Positions 10,403 through 20,456 of a DNA stretch of 64,000 bases are shown piece after piece (positions within the stretch are counted from its first letter, which is position 1; the number at the start of each line of letters is the position of its first letter). This DNA comes from a virus (lineage: Duplodnaviria > Caudoviricetes). Where the stretch lies: IMG/VR virus record IMGVR_UViG_3300031993_000033, positions 1-64,000 of that record; one strand, 5' to 3'. A program made the translations under genes and the position numbers. Under the pieces are notes generated by a model that was not told the origin of the DNA, ran no database searches, and worked only from the letters and a program-made list of their open reading frames with translations.

Positions 10403-11383
10403 TTAAACCGCCCCAATTACGTCAACAAGCAACTCGCTCCGTTGTCCACCACCTGCGACAACCACCTTGAAAGTTGCCCCAACCAAAGCCGAATCATTTG
10501 CACACTTAACAACGCATTTGTTGCCAGTCTGCTCCATTGTCAGCTTGCCGTCCAATAGCGCGGAATTAACGAGAGAGAACACAACTTCATTCTCTGTCTC
10601 CGCTGTAAAGGTCTTACGACCACCTATTCTGATAGATGGTGCGCCCGAATATGTTATGTTTATTGGACTTGGGTGTGGTATGTCGTTAGGATTAACGTAG
10701 TCGCAAAGCATTAAGTCAATTCTGTCAACATCGGGGTTAATCTCGGTTTCCGTGAGTACAAGCAGAATACAACCCTTGCCGTCATATCTCGGCTCGGCTG
10801 TTCCGTCATATCCCATAGTAACCGTATCGACACGAGTAATGTCGTAGCATTTTGGTAACTCCGTATTAAAGTCAACCATAAGACGCTTATCCGATCTCAG
10901 TTTCAAAGTTTCCTCATCAATCGGCAAATACACCATAAGCTGATTTGAGCCAACAACTATGACGTTATTATATTTTTCGCCGTTATTATACTTCGAGGCA
11001 CTGAGCACTACCGACCAACGCTCAATAATATCCGCTTCTGTATTCTGCCATTTGAGGACGTAGTTGCACTGTTGCATCTTGCCATATGTGTAAACTTCCT
11101 TATCCCAATCACAAGAAACAATAAGCCACATCGCGCCAGCCCATTCAACCAAATTACCCGCGTCAAAGTATTCATCAGGTAAACTTTTTACATCTTTGTA
11201 GTAGGGGAGAGTACCGTCATCAATTATGAGTTTCTGTGCCACACCATTAACAAGACAATCCTTGCAAGAAAGGGAATTAACAGCATTAAGCTTCAAATTG
11301 CGTTTCTCATAGTACAGGGTGCGATCTCTCTGCGTCGTGCCACGAAACTGCACTCTTGCCTTATACGCATTAAAGTCAGCCAT
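10403..11383 (-). CDS. Putative head-closure/neck protein with C-terminal Ig-like domain
   Basis: WLIVS..YTYGKMQQCNYVLKW motif; synteny. Confidence 0.55.
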   Translation of the reverse strand: MADFNAYKARVQFRGTTQRDRTLYYEKRNLKLNAVNSLSCKDCLVNGVAQKLIIDDGTLPYYKDVKSLPDEYFDAGNLVEWAGAMWLIVSCDWDKEVYTYGKMQQCNYVLKWQNTEADIIERWSVVLSASKYNNGEKYNNVIVVGSNQLMVYLPIDEETLKLRSDKRLMVDFNTELPKCYDITRVDTVTMGYDGTAEPRYDGKGCILLVLTETEINPDVDRIDLMLCDYVNPNDIPHPSPINITYSGAPSIRIGGRKTFTAETENEVVFSLVNSALLDGKLTMEQTGNKCVVKCANDSALVGATFKVVVAGGGQRSELLVDVIGAV

Positions 11384-11384
11384 A

Positions 11385-11717
11385 TTATCCCTCCTTTCCA
11401 AAATACTTCTTATTAATGTTCTCTATGCAACGTATTGCCTTAAATACTTCGCGCTTACATACTGCTGTGTCATAATCGTTGTCTATAAGATACTCCACGA
11501 TATTCAATGCACTCATAAACTGTGGTTCTTCAATAAGTTGACGATATAGCCCATAACTACCAATCATCTCAACCTTGAGACTTTCGAGGTAAGACGTAAG
11601 CGTTTTACAGCCTTCCTCTTTCATAGGTAATATTTTGTAAATCTTGCCAATCATGTACTGAAAGTAGTTCTGAAACGCTCTTTCGTCCAATTCGGCATAA
11701 TCTATCTTTACGCTCAT
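11385..11717 (-). CDS. Hypothetical protein
   Basis: 110 aa, translationally coupled. Confidence 0.65.
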   Translation of the reverse strand: MSVKIDYAELDERAFQNYFQYMIGKIYKILPMKEEGCKTLTSYLESLKVEMIGSYGLYRQLIEEPQFMSALNIVEYLIDNDYDTAVCKREVFKAIRCIENINKKYFGKEG

Positions 11718-12136
11718 ATCAAGTCACCTACATCGTTACGAATAAATGAATATTCTTTAATACGCGATAGGAAGTTGGCATGAGCCATAGTATAGGTAGC
11801 ATTGACCTTATCCAGAAGATTTGCAGGAGAAAAAGTCGTAAAATCCTTAGTGCTTAATGCGTTCCGCAGTAAATCAAGATTATTACGTATAGGCTTCAGC
11901 CATGCTTCAACCATTCCCTCGGTTAGTATATCTATCTCCATAAGGTCTAAATCCTCAGTAAAACCGCCTTCTTCGGTCTGAGTCAAGTCCTTTTTACAGG
12001 ACTCTAAAAATCTTACAACAGCCTGATTAAGCCAACCACGCATAGCGGTCTGTGCCATACTCTCGGTCATATCCGCCAAATCGTAGTCATTGACCTTATC
12101 CATAAAACTGCTATAAATTGTTGTGTAAGCGGTCAT
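11714..12136 (-). CDS. Putative head-tail adaptor
   Basis: 140 aa helical; KDFTTFSPANLL motif; downstream of capsid genes. Confidence 0.6.
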   Translation of the reverse strand: MTAYTTIYSSFMDKVNDYDLADMTESMAQTAMRGWLNQAVVRFLESCKKDLTQTEEGGFTEDLDLMEIDILTEGMVEAWLKPIRNNLDLLRNALSTKDFTTFSPANLLDKVNATYTMAHANFLSRIKEYSFIRNDVGDLI

Positions 12137-12669
12137 TAGCTCACCTCGTCCATATCAAAACTTACGCCAAGTGCCTTTTCAAGAGCCTTAACCTTTGCCT
12201 TTGAATCAAGTCGTTCATCTTCCTCTGCAAGCATTGTGTATGCCTTTGTAAGTATAGTTTCCCTTACGGGTTTTGAGAGAGTAGGCACTATTTCTTCAAT
12301 CTTCTTAGCTGAGAAGTTGAAAATGTCATCAATATCCTTATACAGTCCGTTTGATGTGTAATACTTGTCAACATTGAGAGCCTTATAAATCTCATCTGCG
12401 GTATAATCATCAGTGTCCTCAAAAACAATCCAGTTGTTAATAAAGAACTTCTTTTGAGAATTACGCATAGAAACAAGCTCGCCATATTCCATCTCAATCA
12501 CAACACCAGTATCGTCCCATATTTCTTCATAGCCAGTTTTCTTTGACTTGTAATACAGAACTCCGCCAATATTGCTCTTAACAGGGATAAGATAGTCAGA
12601 CTCAATTTTTATTCTTACAGGCTTTTCAGCACTTGCCTTTTCCGTATTTGCCTTTGTAGGTCTACCCAT
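12136..12669 (-). CDS. Hypothetical protein
   Basis: 177 aa with AAGGAG RBS. Confidence 0.65.
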   Translation of the reverse strand: MGRPTKANTEKASAEKPVRIKIESDYLIPVKSNIGGVLYYKSKKTGYEEIWDDTGVVIEMEYGELVSMRNSQKKFFINNWIVFEDTDDYTADEIYKALNVDKYYTSNGLYKDIDDIFNFSAKKIEEIVPTLSKPVRETILTKAYTMLAEEDERLDSKAKVKALEKALGVSFDMDEVS

Positions 12670-12696
12670 ATTTAATTCTCCTTTAACTCATAGTGA

Positions 12697-12718
12697 GGGC
12701 GGTATATTTCAACCGCCC
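12697..12718 (-). other. GC-rich stem-loop right after major capsid gene
   Basis: GGGCGGT/ACCGCCC inverted repeat; no U-tract. Confidence 0.5.
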
Positions 12719-12727
12719 ATAATTTGA

Positions 12728-13714
12728 TTAAGTAAAGTCGTAAACACCCATTGTGTCAGATACTACAACAGCAGTACCCTCACGACGGATTACTGTGTAC
12801 TCCTGTGTGAGATCAGCGTTGTCAGCAGCATCTCTTGCAATTACAATAGGCTCGCCCTCTATATAATGCTTGATGAACTTGTCATCGCCAGCGATTACAT
12901 AAACTCTTGTGTCAGAGAGAACGAAGTTGCCAGCAGCATCAAGATAGTTCTTGAGTCTAATGCAAGGTGTTCCGTTGAATCTCTGAGAGAATCCAACATC
13001 ATAATAATCGTCCTTTACAGTCTCTCCAATCTGAGACATAGGGAAGTTCCTGAGAGCTGTTCTTGTTCCAAGAACGTAAGCGGTCTTGCCTGTAGCAGCC
13101 TCTACCTTCTCAATAAGGTTGAGAAGTCCAGACTCAGTAGGTGAACCAGAAGCGGTTACGGTAAATCTTGCTGTTGAGAGGTTGTTGAGCTGTTTTGCAA
13201 CACTTGCATAGAACTCACGCTCAAAGCTCTTAGCTACACGATTTACAAACTCAACCCAGTCAATTCTGCCTGAGAGAATAAGAATAAGCTCCTCGTAAAT
13301 CTTTATAGCCTTATTTACGGGCGTGAGAGTAACCTTCTGACCGCCAATAAGTCTCTGACGACGGATGCCCTGTGTACCGTTAGCAACAACGTCAACTGTG
13401 AGGAGTGAGTTATCAGAAACGAGAAACTCAGGCTTGTCACCCCACTCACCGTTCTTTGTCTCAATCATATCAGCGAGAGGTGAGTTATCAAGAGCTGTAA
13501 CATCGAGAGCAACGTCAATAAGCTCCTCGATAACTGCAAAGAGTTCAGGACACTTGCCATCGCGGATTGCCTTATAATCTATAGTTGTAGAGCCGTTATT
13601 AGCCTCTTTAATCTTATTAACGATAACGTCTGTGGGGTTGCCCTCTGCAAATGCAGTAGGAACGCCACGATAAGCGTCAATACAAAGCTTTCTGAAATTT
13701 GCTTCCATAATCAA
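12728..13714 (-). CDS. Major capsid protein
   Basis: 328 aa; follows portal-protease-decoration; strongly biased codons. Confidence 0.8.
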   Translation of the reverse strand: MIMEANFRKLCIDAYRGVPTAFAEGNPTDVIVNKIKEANNGSTTIDYKAIRDGKCPELFAVIEELIDVALDVTALDNSPLADMIETKNGEWGDKPEFLVSDNSLLTVDVVANGTQGIRRQRLIGGQKVTLTPVNKAIKIYEELILILSGRIDWVEFVNRVAKSFEREFYASVAKQLNNLSTARFTVTASGSPTESGLLNLIEKVEAATGKTAYVLGTRTALRNFPMSQIGETVKDDYYDVGFSQRFNGTPCIRLKNYLDAAGNFVLSDTRVYVIAGDDKFIKHYIEGEPIVIARDAADNADLTQEYTVIRREGTAVVVSDTMGVYDFT

Positions 13715-13736
13715 ATACCTTCCTTTCTATATTAAA

Positions 13737-14219
13737 TTAAAGAACCTCGAATACGTACATTGTCTTGCCGCCAACTACCTCTGTGTTAAGGAGCTGTGCA
13801 AAAGCCTTTGTAGATGCTGAAGAAGCTGTCCACTTGCCATTACCTGCGGCAATGTACTTGTCTGTAGTTGAAGGTGTGCCAGAGCAAACCTCACCTGTAA
13901 TTGAGAAGATGTCGCACTTTACGAGCTTGCTGATTCTTGCAATATCACCAGAAGCATTGTAGAAGTTCTCAAGAGGCTTCATATCTGTTGTGTATGCGTG
14001 TTCAGGAGATGTAACTACCCAAACGTCAGCAGCGTTTGCGCCTGTAGCAGCAGAAGTTGTGAATACCTCTCTCTCTCCAGCAAAAGTGCCTGTTGTAGCA
14101 AGACCACCACAGAGGATAGGTGCGCCGTTATCTATATCGCCATAAGCCTGTGCTGTTCTAATAAGTGCGCCGTCATGTGTATAAGAACATGAGTCGCTTC
14201 TAAAAATTCCATGTGCCAT
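13737..14219 (-). CDS. Putative capsid decoration protein
   Basis: 160 aa Ala/Thr/Gly-rich, between scaffold and capsid. Confidence 0.6.
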   Translation of the reverse strand: MAHGIFRSDSCSYTHDGALIRTAQAYGDIDNGAPILCGGLATTGTFAGEREVFTTSAATGANAADVWVVTSPEHAYTTDMKPLENFYNASGDIARISKLVKCDIFSITGEVCSGTPSTTDKYIAAGNGKWTASSASTKAFAQLLNTEVVGGKTMYVFEVL

Positions 14220-14240
14220 AAACTTTAACCTTCCTTTCTA

Positions 14241-15452
14241 TTAATCGTTATTTCCATATCGCTCAAATATGTCACCATAAGGAGACACTTTGGCGGGGGT
14301 TGTTTCTACTGAAAACTTCATAGTTTCAGCTTTTGTTGTTTTAGACTCTTTGAAAGCAAATGTGCTCATTGCAAATTTGCCAACAAGCATAATACATTCC
14401 TTATCGAGCTGTTCAAGATCGTATTCATTAGACTTCTCTTTGAGAAGCTTGTATTCGGGCATCTCCCCAATACGTCCATCATACTTTGCAAAAATTTCAC
14501 TTTCAGCCTTTTCTCTCTCAGCCTTTTCAACTGCGAGCTTATAAGGAGTAAGAGTTGAAATCTGCTCGTTAAGTACAGTAATCTGAGCTTCAAAATCTGC
14601 GTTCTGTGCAGTAAGAGCATCAATCGTTACGAGTGCGTCATTGTAAAGAGCCTCGTAGTCTACGGGGATTACTTCGGGTTCTACAACAGGCTCAGTTTCA
14701 TTTGAAGAAGTCTCAGGTTCTACTACTTCGGGTTCTGTTTCTGCTGTAAATTCCTTATTCTCGTCCATGTTTTCACCTTCCTTATCTTCAAAAGCAAAGA
14801 CTTCGGACATAGCCTGTTTCATTTCATTCATCTTAATTGCAAAGTCATCTGCGCTGAAGTTAATAGGAGTTACATCTGCTGAAATAAAGCATGGTTCTAC
14901 ATTCTCCTCGCGATTATCAGACTTATAGAGGAGACAAAGAGCACTAAATTCAAAATCAAGAATTTCAACAAAATTACTATCTTCTTCTAATGGGCGATAC
15001 TGCTTTGCGTCAATTTCCATTGATTGATTAAACCAAACATCTTCAGAGTAGATAGTTTCCTTTAATTCTGGGTATCTACCAGTCCAAAGTATAGCTTCAC
15101 AAGTCAAATAATCAACGTCAGCACCATACTCATTAACAGTTTCCCACTCAAAGGTATCAGCCTTTACAACGCCAAAAGGAACGCAAAGAGACTTGATAGA
15201 CCAATCTTCCCAATCAATGTACATATCATGTCCGCCAATTTTATACTCTCCATTTTCGTCTTTGAAAAGGTGAGCAACAACAGGTGCATAATTAAGAGAG
15301 TTGAGATGTGCTTCTACAACGTCTTTGTCAAAATAAGACATATTGCGGTTCTTTCCAGCCGCCATAACCTTAATCTTTACAAGGGTAAACTCGCTATTTA
15401 GTTCTTCAAGTACGGTAAACTTTGTAGATGAATTAACACTAAACTTATCCAT
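14241..15452 (-). CDS. Prohead protease/scaffold
   Basis: GKNRNMS, GGH, QSMEI, FSALCLL, VEPCF motifs plus acidic coiled-coil C-terminus. Confidence 0.7.
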   Translation of the reverse strand: MDKFSVNSSTKFTVLEELNSEFTLVKIKVMAAGKNRNMSYFDKDVVEAHLNSLNYAPVVAHLFKDENGEYKIGGHDMYIDWEDWSIKSLCVPFGVVKADTFEWETVNEYGADVDYLTCEAILWTGRYPELKETIYSEDVWFNQSMEIDAKQYRPLEEDSNFVEILDFEFSALCLLYKSDNREENVEPCFISADVTPINFSADDFAIKMNEMKQAMSEVFAFEDKEGENMDENKEFTAETEPEVVEPETSSNETEPVVEPEVIPVDYEALYNDALVTIDALTAQNADFEAQITVLNEQISTLTPYKLAVEKAEREKAESEIFAKYDGRIGEMPEYKLLKEKSNEYDLEQLDKECIMLVGKFAMSTFAFKESKTTKAETMKFSVETTPAKVSPYGDIFERYGNND

Positions 15453-15495
15453 TGTTCTTACTTCTACCTCCTTTCTCAGTAGTTTCTCAGATTAC

Positions 15496-15705
15496 TCAGA
15501 AACACAAAAGGTTGCGTTGCATAAAATGCCATTCCTCGTCCGAATATTTTTCAGCCAAGTATTTCTGCAAACCTTCCGTATTGGCAAAAGCATAAACAGT
15601 CTTGCCGTTGAGCGTCGTCTTTGTATAAGTAAAGCCCATAGATGCAAGTTCTTCCTGCGTCTTGGGCTGTACTACGATAATAAATTTATCCATTTCACAC
15701 CTCAC
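15496..15705 (-). CDS. Small hypothetical protein
   Basis: ORF between portal and protease. Confidence 0.5.
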   Translation of the reverse strand: MRCEMDKFIIVVQPKTQEELASMGFTYTKTTLNGKTVYAFANTEGLQKYLAEKYSDEEWHFMQRNLLCF

Positions 15706-17216
15706 TTATATTCATTAGAAGTGTTCTCGTTATTCTCCGTGTTGTCTGTAGGGTTATCTGTCGTTGGTCTACCACTTTCACCTTCAATACCGCCATTACT
15801 CAGAGTGTTTGAACTAATAAGCGGACGATTAAAGATTTCATCGCAACACTTCAGAATCTCATTTTCAAGATAGCTCTGATTTATCACATCTATAGGTTCT
15901 AAGCCAAGTGAAGCCGCATAATACAGTTTACTACACATTCCATATTGAGCCGCCTTGAAATAATAATTTTGAACTGTGTCAACCGTATATATACTTTGCT
16001 CCAAGAAATAAATCTCAAATAAATTTTTAAGATCCATTTTCTGTATCTTGACATTATACAAATGTTGTATTTGACGAATACACTTCATCATCATAGCTTC
16101 AACAGGGCGTATCGCAAGTTCAAGAGCTTGTGATGTAACATTATCCATAATACCAAACAAAACTGGAGCGATACCAAAGTTATCAAATAAGTCTTTAGTT
16201 GCTTCTTTGGTATAATTCTTTGCGTCATTAGTATTATCCTTTAGGTTGATAGCATCAACACTAAACGGCGACATTACAAGTCCTATGCCATCAGGAACAA
16301 CACTTGAACTCATATTATAATACTTAGTCGCTTGCTCAAAGCTCAGTTTTGGTACACCATCCGTATCAGTCGGAATGCGATAATGAATAAGCTTGTAATT
16401 GTCAAGCATTGCGCCATCTTTTTTAATTTCTTCGTAAGTGTCAAGATCAATAATAGATTTAAAAATTCCCACAAACGGCGGTATTGTCCACGGCATTTCA
16501 GGATCAAACTTTATGCATATCTGCTTCTTAGGTTCAAACCAACGCTTAGTTTTATCTGGCTCAATAATCCATTTGCCCTCAAGGTCTTTTTTACCTCTAT
16601 ACGCCCAATACGCAGTTTCAAAATCCTTGCCATACTGTGGCAGATAAATGAGCGTTTTTTGCGTGAAATAGTCGAGGTCAAATGCAAATCTCCAAACACC
16701 ATTTTCTACACTACTGATAATGCAGTATTCGGGCATCACAGGCTTTATAAAGTAATTATCCGTGTCATCATATTCAATTCCAAAGAACACACCATCAAGT
16801 AAGCAAGTAGTTAATATCTTTGGGATTTCCGTCTTTAACTTATAATGGCTAACTGTGCGACATAACTTGCGATACTCTTTATTAAATGAGTTTGCACCTT
16901 TACCCCCAGTATCGCCAACAGGTCGCAAGACATAATTATTCAACATTACTGTTGCAAGCATCGTTATTGCTCTACGATAGTGAGGAGAGACAGCGTAAAA
17001 GAAGTGACTAATCTCACGAAGCATTTTCTCGGATGATGGTTTGTCTGGACAAAGTAACGCTTTCAATATCCTATCTCGTGGGTGTTTCTTGAGAAAGATG
17101 TTGCGTTGCTCTACACTACTTGACAAATCCGCCAAAACTTGCTTACGAAGCCGAGCAAATTGCAAGAAGTCATAATATTCATTAATTTCTTCACTATTTA
17201 TTTCTGCTTGATTCAC
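15702..17216 (-). CDS. Portal protein
   Basis: 504 aa directly after terL; C-terminal GRPT motif typical of these portals. Confidence 0.8.
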   Translation of the reverse strand: MNQAEINSEEINEYYDFLQFARLRKQVLADLSSSVEQRNIFLKKHPRDRILKALLCPDKPSSEKMLREISHFFYAVSPHYRRAITMLATVMLNNYVLRPVGDTGGKGANSFNKEYRKLCRTVSHYKLKTEIPKILTTCLLDGVFFGIEYDDTDNYFIKPVMPEYCIISSVENGVWRFAFDLDYFTQKTLIYLPQYGKDFETAYWAYRGKKDLEGKWIIEPDKTKRWFEPKKQICIKFDPEMPWTIPPFVGIFKSIIDLDTYEEIKKDGAMLDNYKLIHYRIPTDTDGVPKLSFEQATKYYNMSSSVVPDGIGLVMSPFSVDAINLKDNTNDAKNYTKEATKDLFDNFGIAPVLFGIMDNVTSQALELAIRPVEAMMMKCIRQIQHLYNVKIQKMDLKNLFEIYFLEQSIYTVDTVQNYYFKAAQYGMCSKLYYAASLGLEPIDVINQSYLENEILKCCDEIFNRPLISSNTLSNGGIEGESGRPTTDNPTDNTENNENTSNEYK

Positions 17217-17230
17217 TTAATCACTTCCTT

Positions 17231-19081
17231 TCAGTTATATCTTTTTGCGGGGCGAGCCATGAAGAAGTTTGCTTCTTCCTCAACTTTCGGTTTGTTTATT
17301 ACACTTCCTCTACGTAATTCGTATAATCTATGAGCAAGCATAATCAAAACGTAGAAGCGGTCATCGTGCATACGATTTTCTTTCTCTTTAGATAACGCAT
17401 AATTGACAGAAGTCCTTTCTGCATTTTCAGTCTTATGAATAGAAGTTACCTCATTTTTCATAAGGTCTATTTGAACTAATGCCATCTTCTCATCATCTGA
17501 AAGTTCATGATTTACCCATATCTCGTTACCTTCCGCGTCAACGCCATCAATAACTTTTATGAAGTCTTGCCCCGAATACTCATAAGGGAATTTAATAACA
17601 CCTAAATCCATAAGCTCTATCATTTCCTCAACCATTTGAGTACGATATTTTTTAGGACTAATAAGCCTTAATTTATCACAGGCATTTGGATAACGACTAA
17701 CATAAGTTTGATACAATTCATTCGTCTTATCAATAAATCCTCTATGAACCTTGCCGTATTTATCCGAATACTCATTCAAAAGTCCATCTCCGTAAGCACT
17801 GACACCACCACCGCCAGCACCCGCATCAATTTCGAGCAGATTCAGATACTCATAATCAGGATTTTGCCCATTATAAATATTAATTAACGACCTAAGTTCT
17901 TCCAATTGCCTATTAGAATCAAGTTTGTATTTTTTCTTAGTGGCGTTATCAATCATGTTTACACAATTTATAATGTCTCCACACCAACCCAATTCTTTGT
18001 CTTGGTAAACATTCATAACGCCTATAATGCTATTGTCTGCCGTTCTCGCAGGATCGAAGGCTATTACGATGTTACTATTTGGTTTCCAATGCAACGTAGG
18101 CAAATAAAAGTTCTCATTTCTACGAATAGTGTCCCATTTAACAATTTGACTACTTCCACCGTCCATTGTGGGCTGATTGAAATATTCTCTTAATGCCTTA
18201 TCTTTATTACTCTTGAGAGCTGCATCAACTTTGTCTCTTGTGAGTAGGGGAGTATATGGCTCACCATTCATATAGGTTTGAATTGCTACATCACAAATCA
18301 TGTCACAAACAAAATAATCTCTATCTCCTGCAATCATGCGCTTTGCAAAATTCTTATAGTGCTTATAGAATGTTTTATCCATTTGGTCTTGCGATGAAGC
18401 ATAAACCAACTGAGTAGGCACTTTCCTATGCTCCGCTTCAGGATTATAGTTTTCTTCCGTAGATGTACTGAAATCGCTATTTTGCGTTGCAAACGCTTCG
18501 CAGACAGCTATTAATTCATCAGAGCAAAATGCGCTCTCATCAAAAAATACAAGCGTAGCCCTTCGAGAACGAGCTGAATCTGGACGACTGTTCAACGTAT
18601 TAATTGAACTACCATTATAAAATTCTACTTCATATCCCGCTGGATTATGACTGAATCCAGTTTTGTTAGTTGCTGTCTTTTTCGTTTCTTTTTCGAGTAT
18701 ATCCTTTAAAGAACGAATAGAAGCCGCCGTCTTACCCATGCGAGTGATTATTTCTTCAAGCTTCGAGAATGTTTCCTTTGCCTGATCTCCGACGGATGAA
18801 ACTATATAAATAGCTTGATTTTCATAAAGTACCGCCTTCAAAATCATAAGAATTGCGCCCAAAAAAGATTTGCCAAAGTTTCGACTACAACACCAAACAC
18901 TATGTGATGCGTTCCATGTGCTTTGCAATATCCATTTTTGAGCATCAATTAATCTAATACCAAGCTAAAGTAGGTCTTCACACGCAATGCATGGATTCCT
19001 CCGATAATAAGCAATAGACTCGGCGTCTAATTCACATATTTTTTTCTTAATCGGAGTGAGAATAATTTTATTCCTTTTCAA
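17231..19081 (-). CDS. terL: Terminase large subunit, interrupted by in-frame TAG at 18965-18967 (predicted recoding)
   Basis: TTG 19081 after AAAGGAGGTGAT; Q-motif LIDAQ, Walker A SRNFGKS, Walker B LVFFDE, nuclease FDPA and HDDR; the 38-codon upstream segment is in frame with ORF 17231..18928. Confidence 0.9.
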
Positions 19082-19103
19082 GACCTACATCACCTCCTTT
19101 ATA

Positions 19104-20456
19104 TTATCCAGAATAATATTGCCATGACAATTTTTCACCAGTCTCAGGGTGTCTGCCAGCAGTTACTTGCCTTCCAGATAACGCTCCTTGTATATCTCCC
19201 TTTCCTATCCAACGTTTAGCATCATTAATTGAATCAAAAACCTGTCCTGTATTTATACAAATTATTGGACTGAAATTACCATTTTCAAATTTATATTCTG
19301 GGAGATTATCTTGTTTTTCTAAATATTCATCGTAATACATCCACCTTTTATATATTGATGGAGTATTCAATATTTTGTGGTATTTACAACTTTGAGTAAT
19401 TGAATATTCACTAACATTTGTTTGCCGTTTAGCCTCTATAATGCTATAATATTCTTGATTGGTGTCTAAGCATATTACCTTATTAGCTTGACATTCTAAT
19501 TGATTAATACGAGGATTGTATTCGCATAAACCAATTACATTTCCTTCAATCAAATAGTGTCTTAATCCACTTCGAGATGTTTTATATTTAGCCATAATAT
19601 TTCTGAAAGACATACCATTTTTATAATCAGTACATACTTTAACAATTAAAGAATCTATTGCAAATTCGTGGCACTGTTTTAAATCAATATGAGAAAAATC
19701 AAAAATTGTACTTAACTCACTATTAAGAATTTGACTGGTGATATAATCATATTCCGACTTTCTGCAATCAACGACTATATATTTATCAATATATTTTGAA
19801 GCTAATTGCCTTTTAAAATCATCGTTAAGTTTAACGTCCTCCAAACTATGCCCACCATTAGTAGAAAAACTTTTCTCGTAATGTTGAATACCATTGGTTT
19901 CGATAATTACTTTTATTCCATTATATTCAAAATAAAAATCGTATTTATATTTGCCACACCATTTTTGATTTACTTTTGTAAATTGATATTCGTATGGTAT
20001 ACCCGTTTGATTCAATAAGGCAATCATAAATTTTTCAGGATAAGAAATTGAATCTCTGCAACGAGAACAATATTTATTATACTGAACTGATACTGGTTTA
20101 GTATGTCTTATTCCACCACAAGAAGGACATTTAAAAGATATTTTTTTATTTGTTCCAAATACATATTTATACCCGTCATCTGGATTATCTAATAATTCAC
20201 AAATTTCAGGATTAGTAGTCCACATATCATTAAAACCAATCAAAACCTTTTTATTATGACAATATGGACACCCTTTGCCTTTTAATGTGTTATTGGGAGA
20301 TGCATAAAAATCACCATTGCAGACATTGCAATGATGTTTTAATGAATCTCTATATACAGTATAATCATCGACTAAGATAAGATTCGGAGACAATTCTTTT
20401 AAACGTTTAGAATATTTTTCGTTATCCCAAACCCTTTCACCCATTATCATCACCAT
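19104..20456 (-). CDS. Homing endonuclease-like protein (zinc ribbons, PD-(D/E)XK/Vsr-like core, NUMOD1-like tail)
   Basis: GCPYC, CPSC, SYPE, YDFY..IIETNGIQHY; AT-rich insert between terL and its upstream gene. Confidence 0.75.
   Translation of the reverse strand: MVMIMGERVWDNEKYSKRLKELSPNLILVDDYTVYRDSLKHHCNVCNGDFYASPNNTLKGKGCPYCHNKKVLIGFNDMWTTNPEICELLDNPDDGYKYVFGTNKKISFKCPSCGGIRHTKPVSVQYNKYCSRCRDSISYPEKFMIALLNQTGIPYEYQFTKVNQKWCGKYKYDFYFEYNGIKVIIETNGIQHYEKSFSTNGGHSLEDVKLNDDFKRQLASKYIDKYIVVDCRKSEYDYITSQILNSELSTIFDFSHIDLKQCHEFAIDSLIVKVCTDYKNGMSFRNIMAKYKTSRSGLRHYLIEGNVIGLCEYNPRINQLECQANKVICLDTNQEYYSIIEAKRQTNVSEYSITQSCKYHKILNTPSIYKRWMYYDEYLEKQDNLPEYKFENGNFSPIICINTGQVFDSINDAKRWIGKGDIQGALSGRQVTAGRHPETGEKLSWQYYSG

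Noticed and set aside
18955-18980. Group I/II intron or intein in terL or the MBL gene
   Set aside because: Insertions are only 6 nt and 1 nt; no ribozyme core or intein motifs
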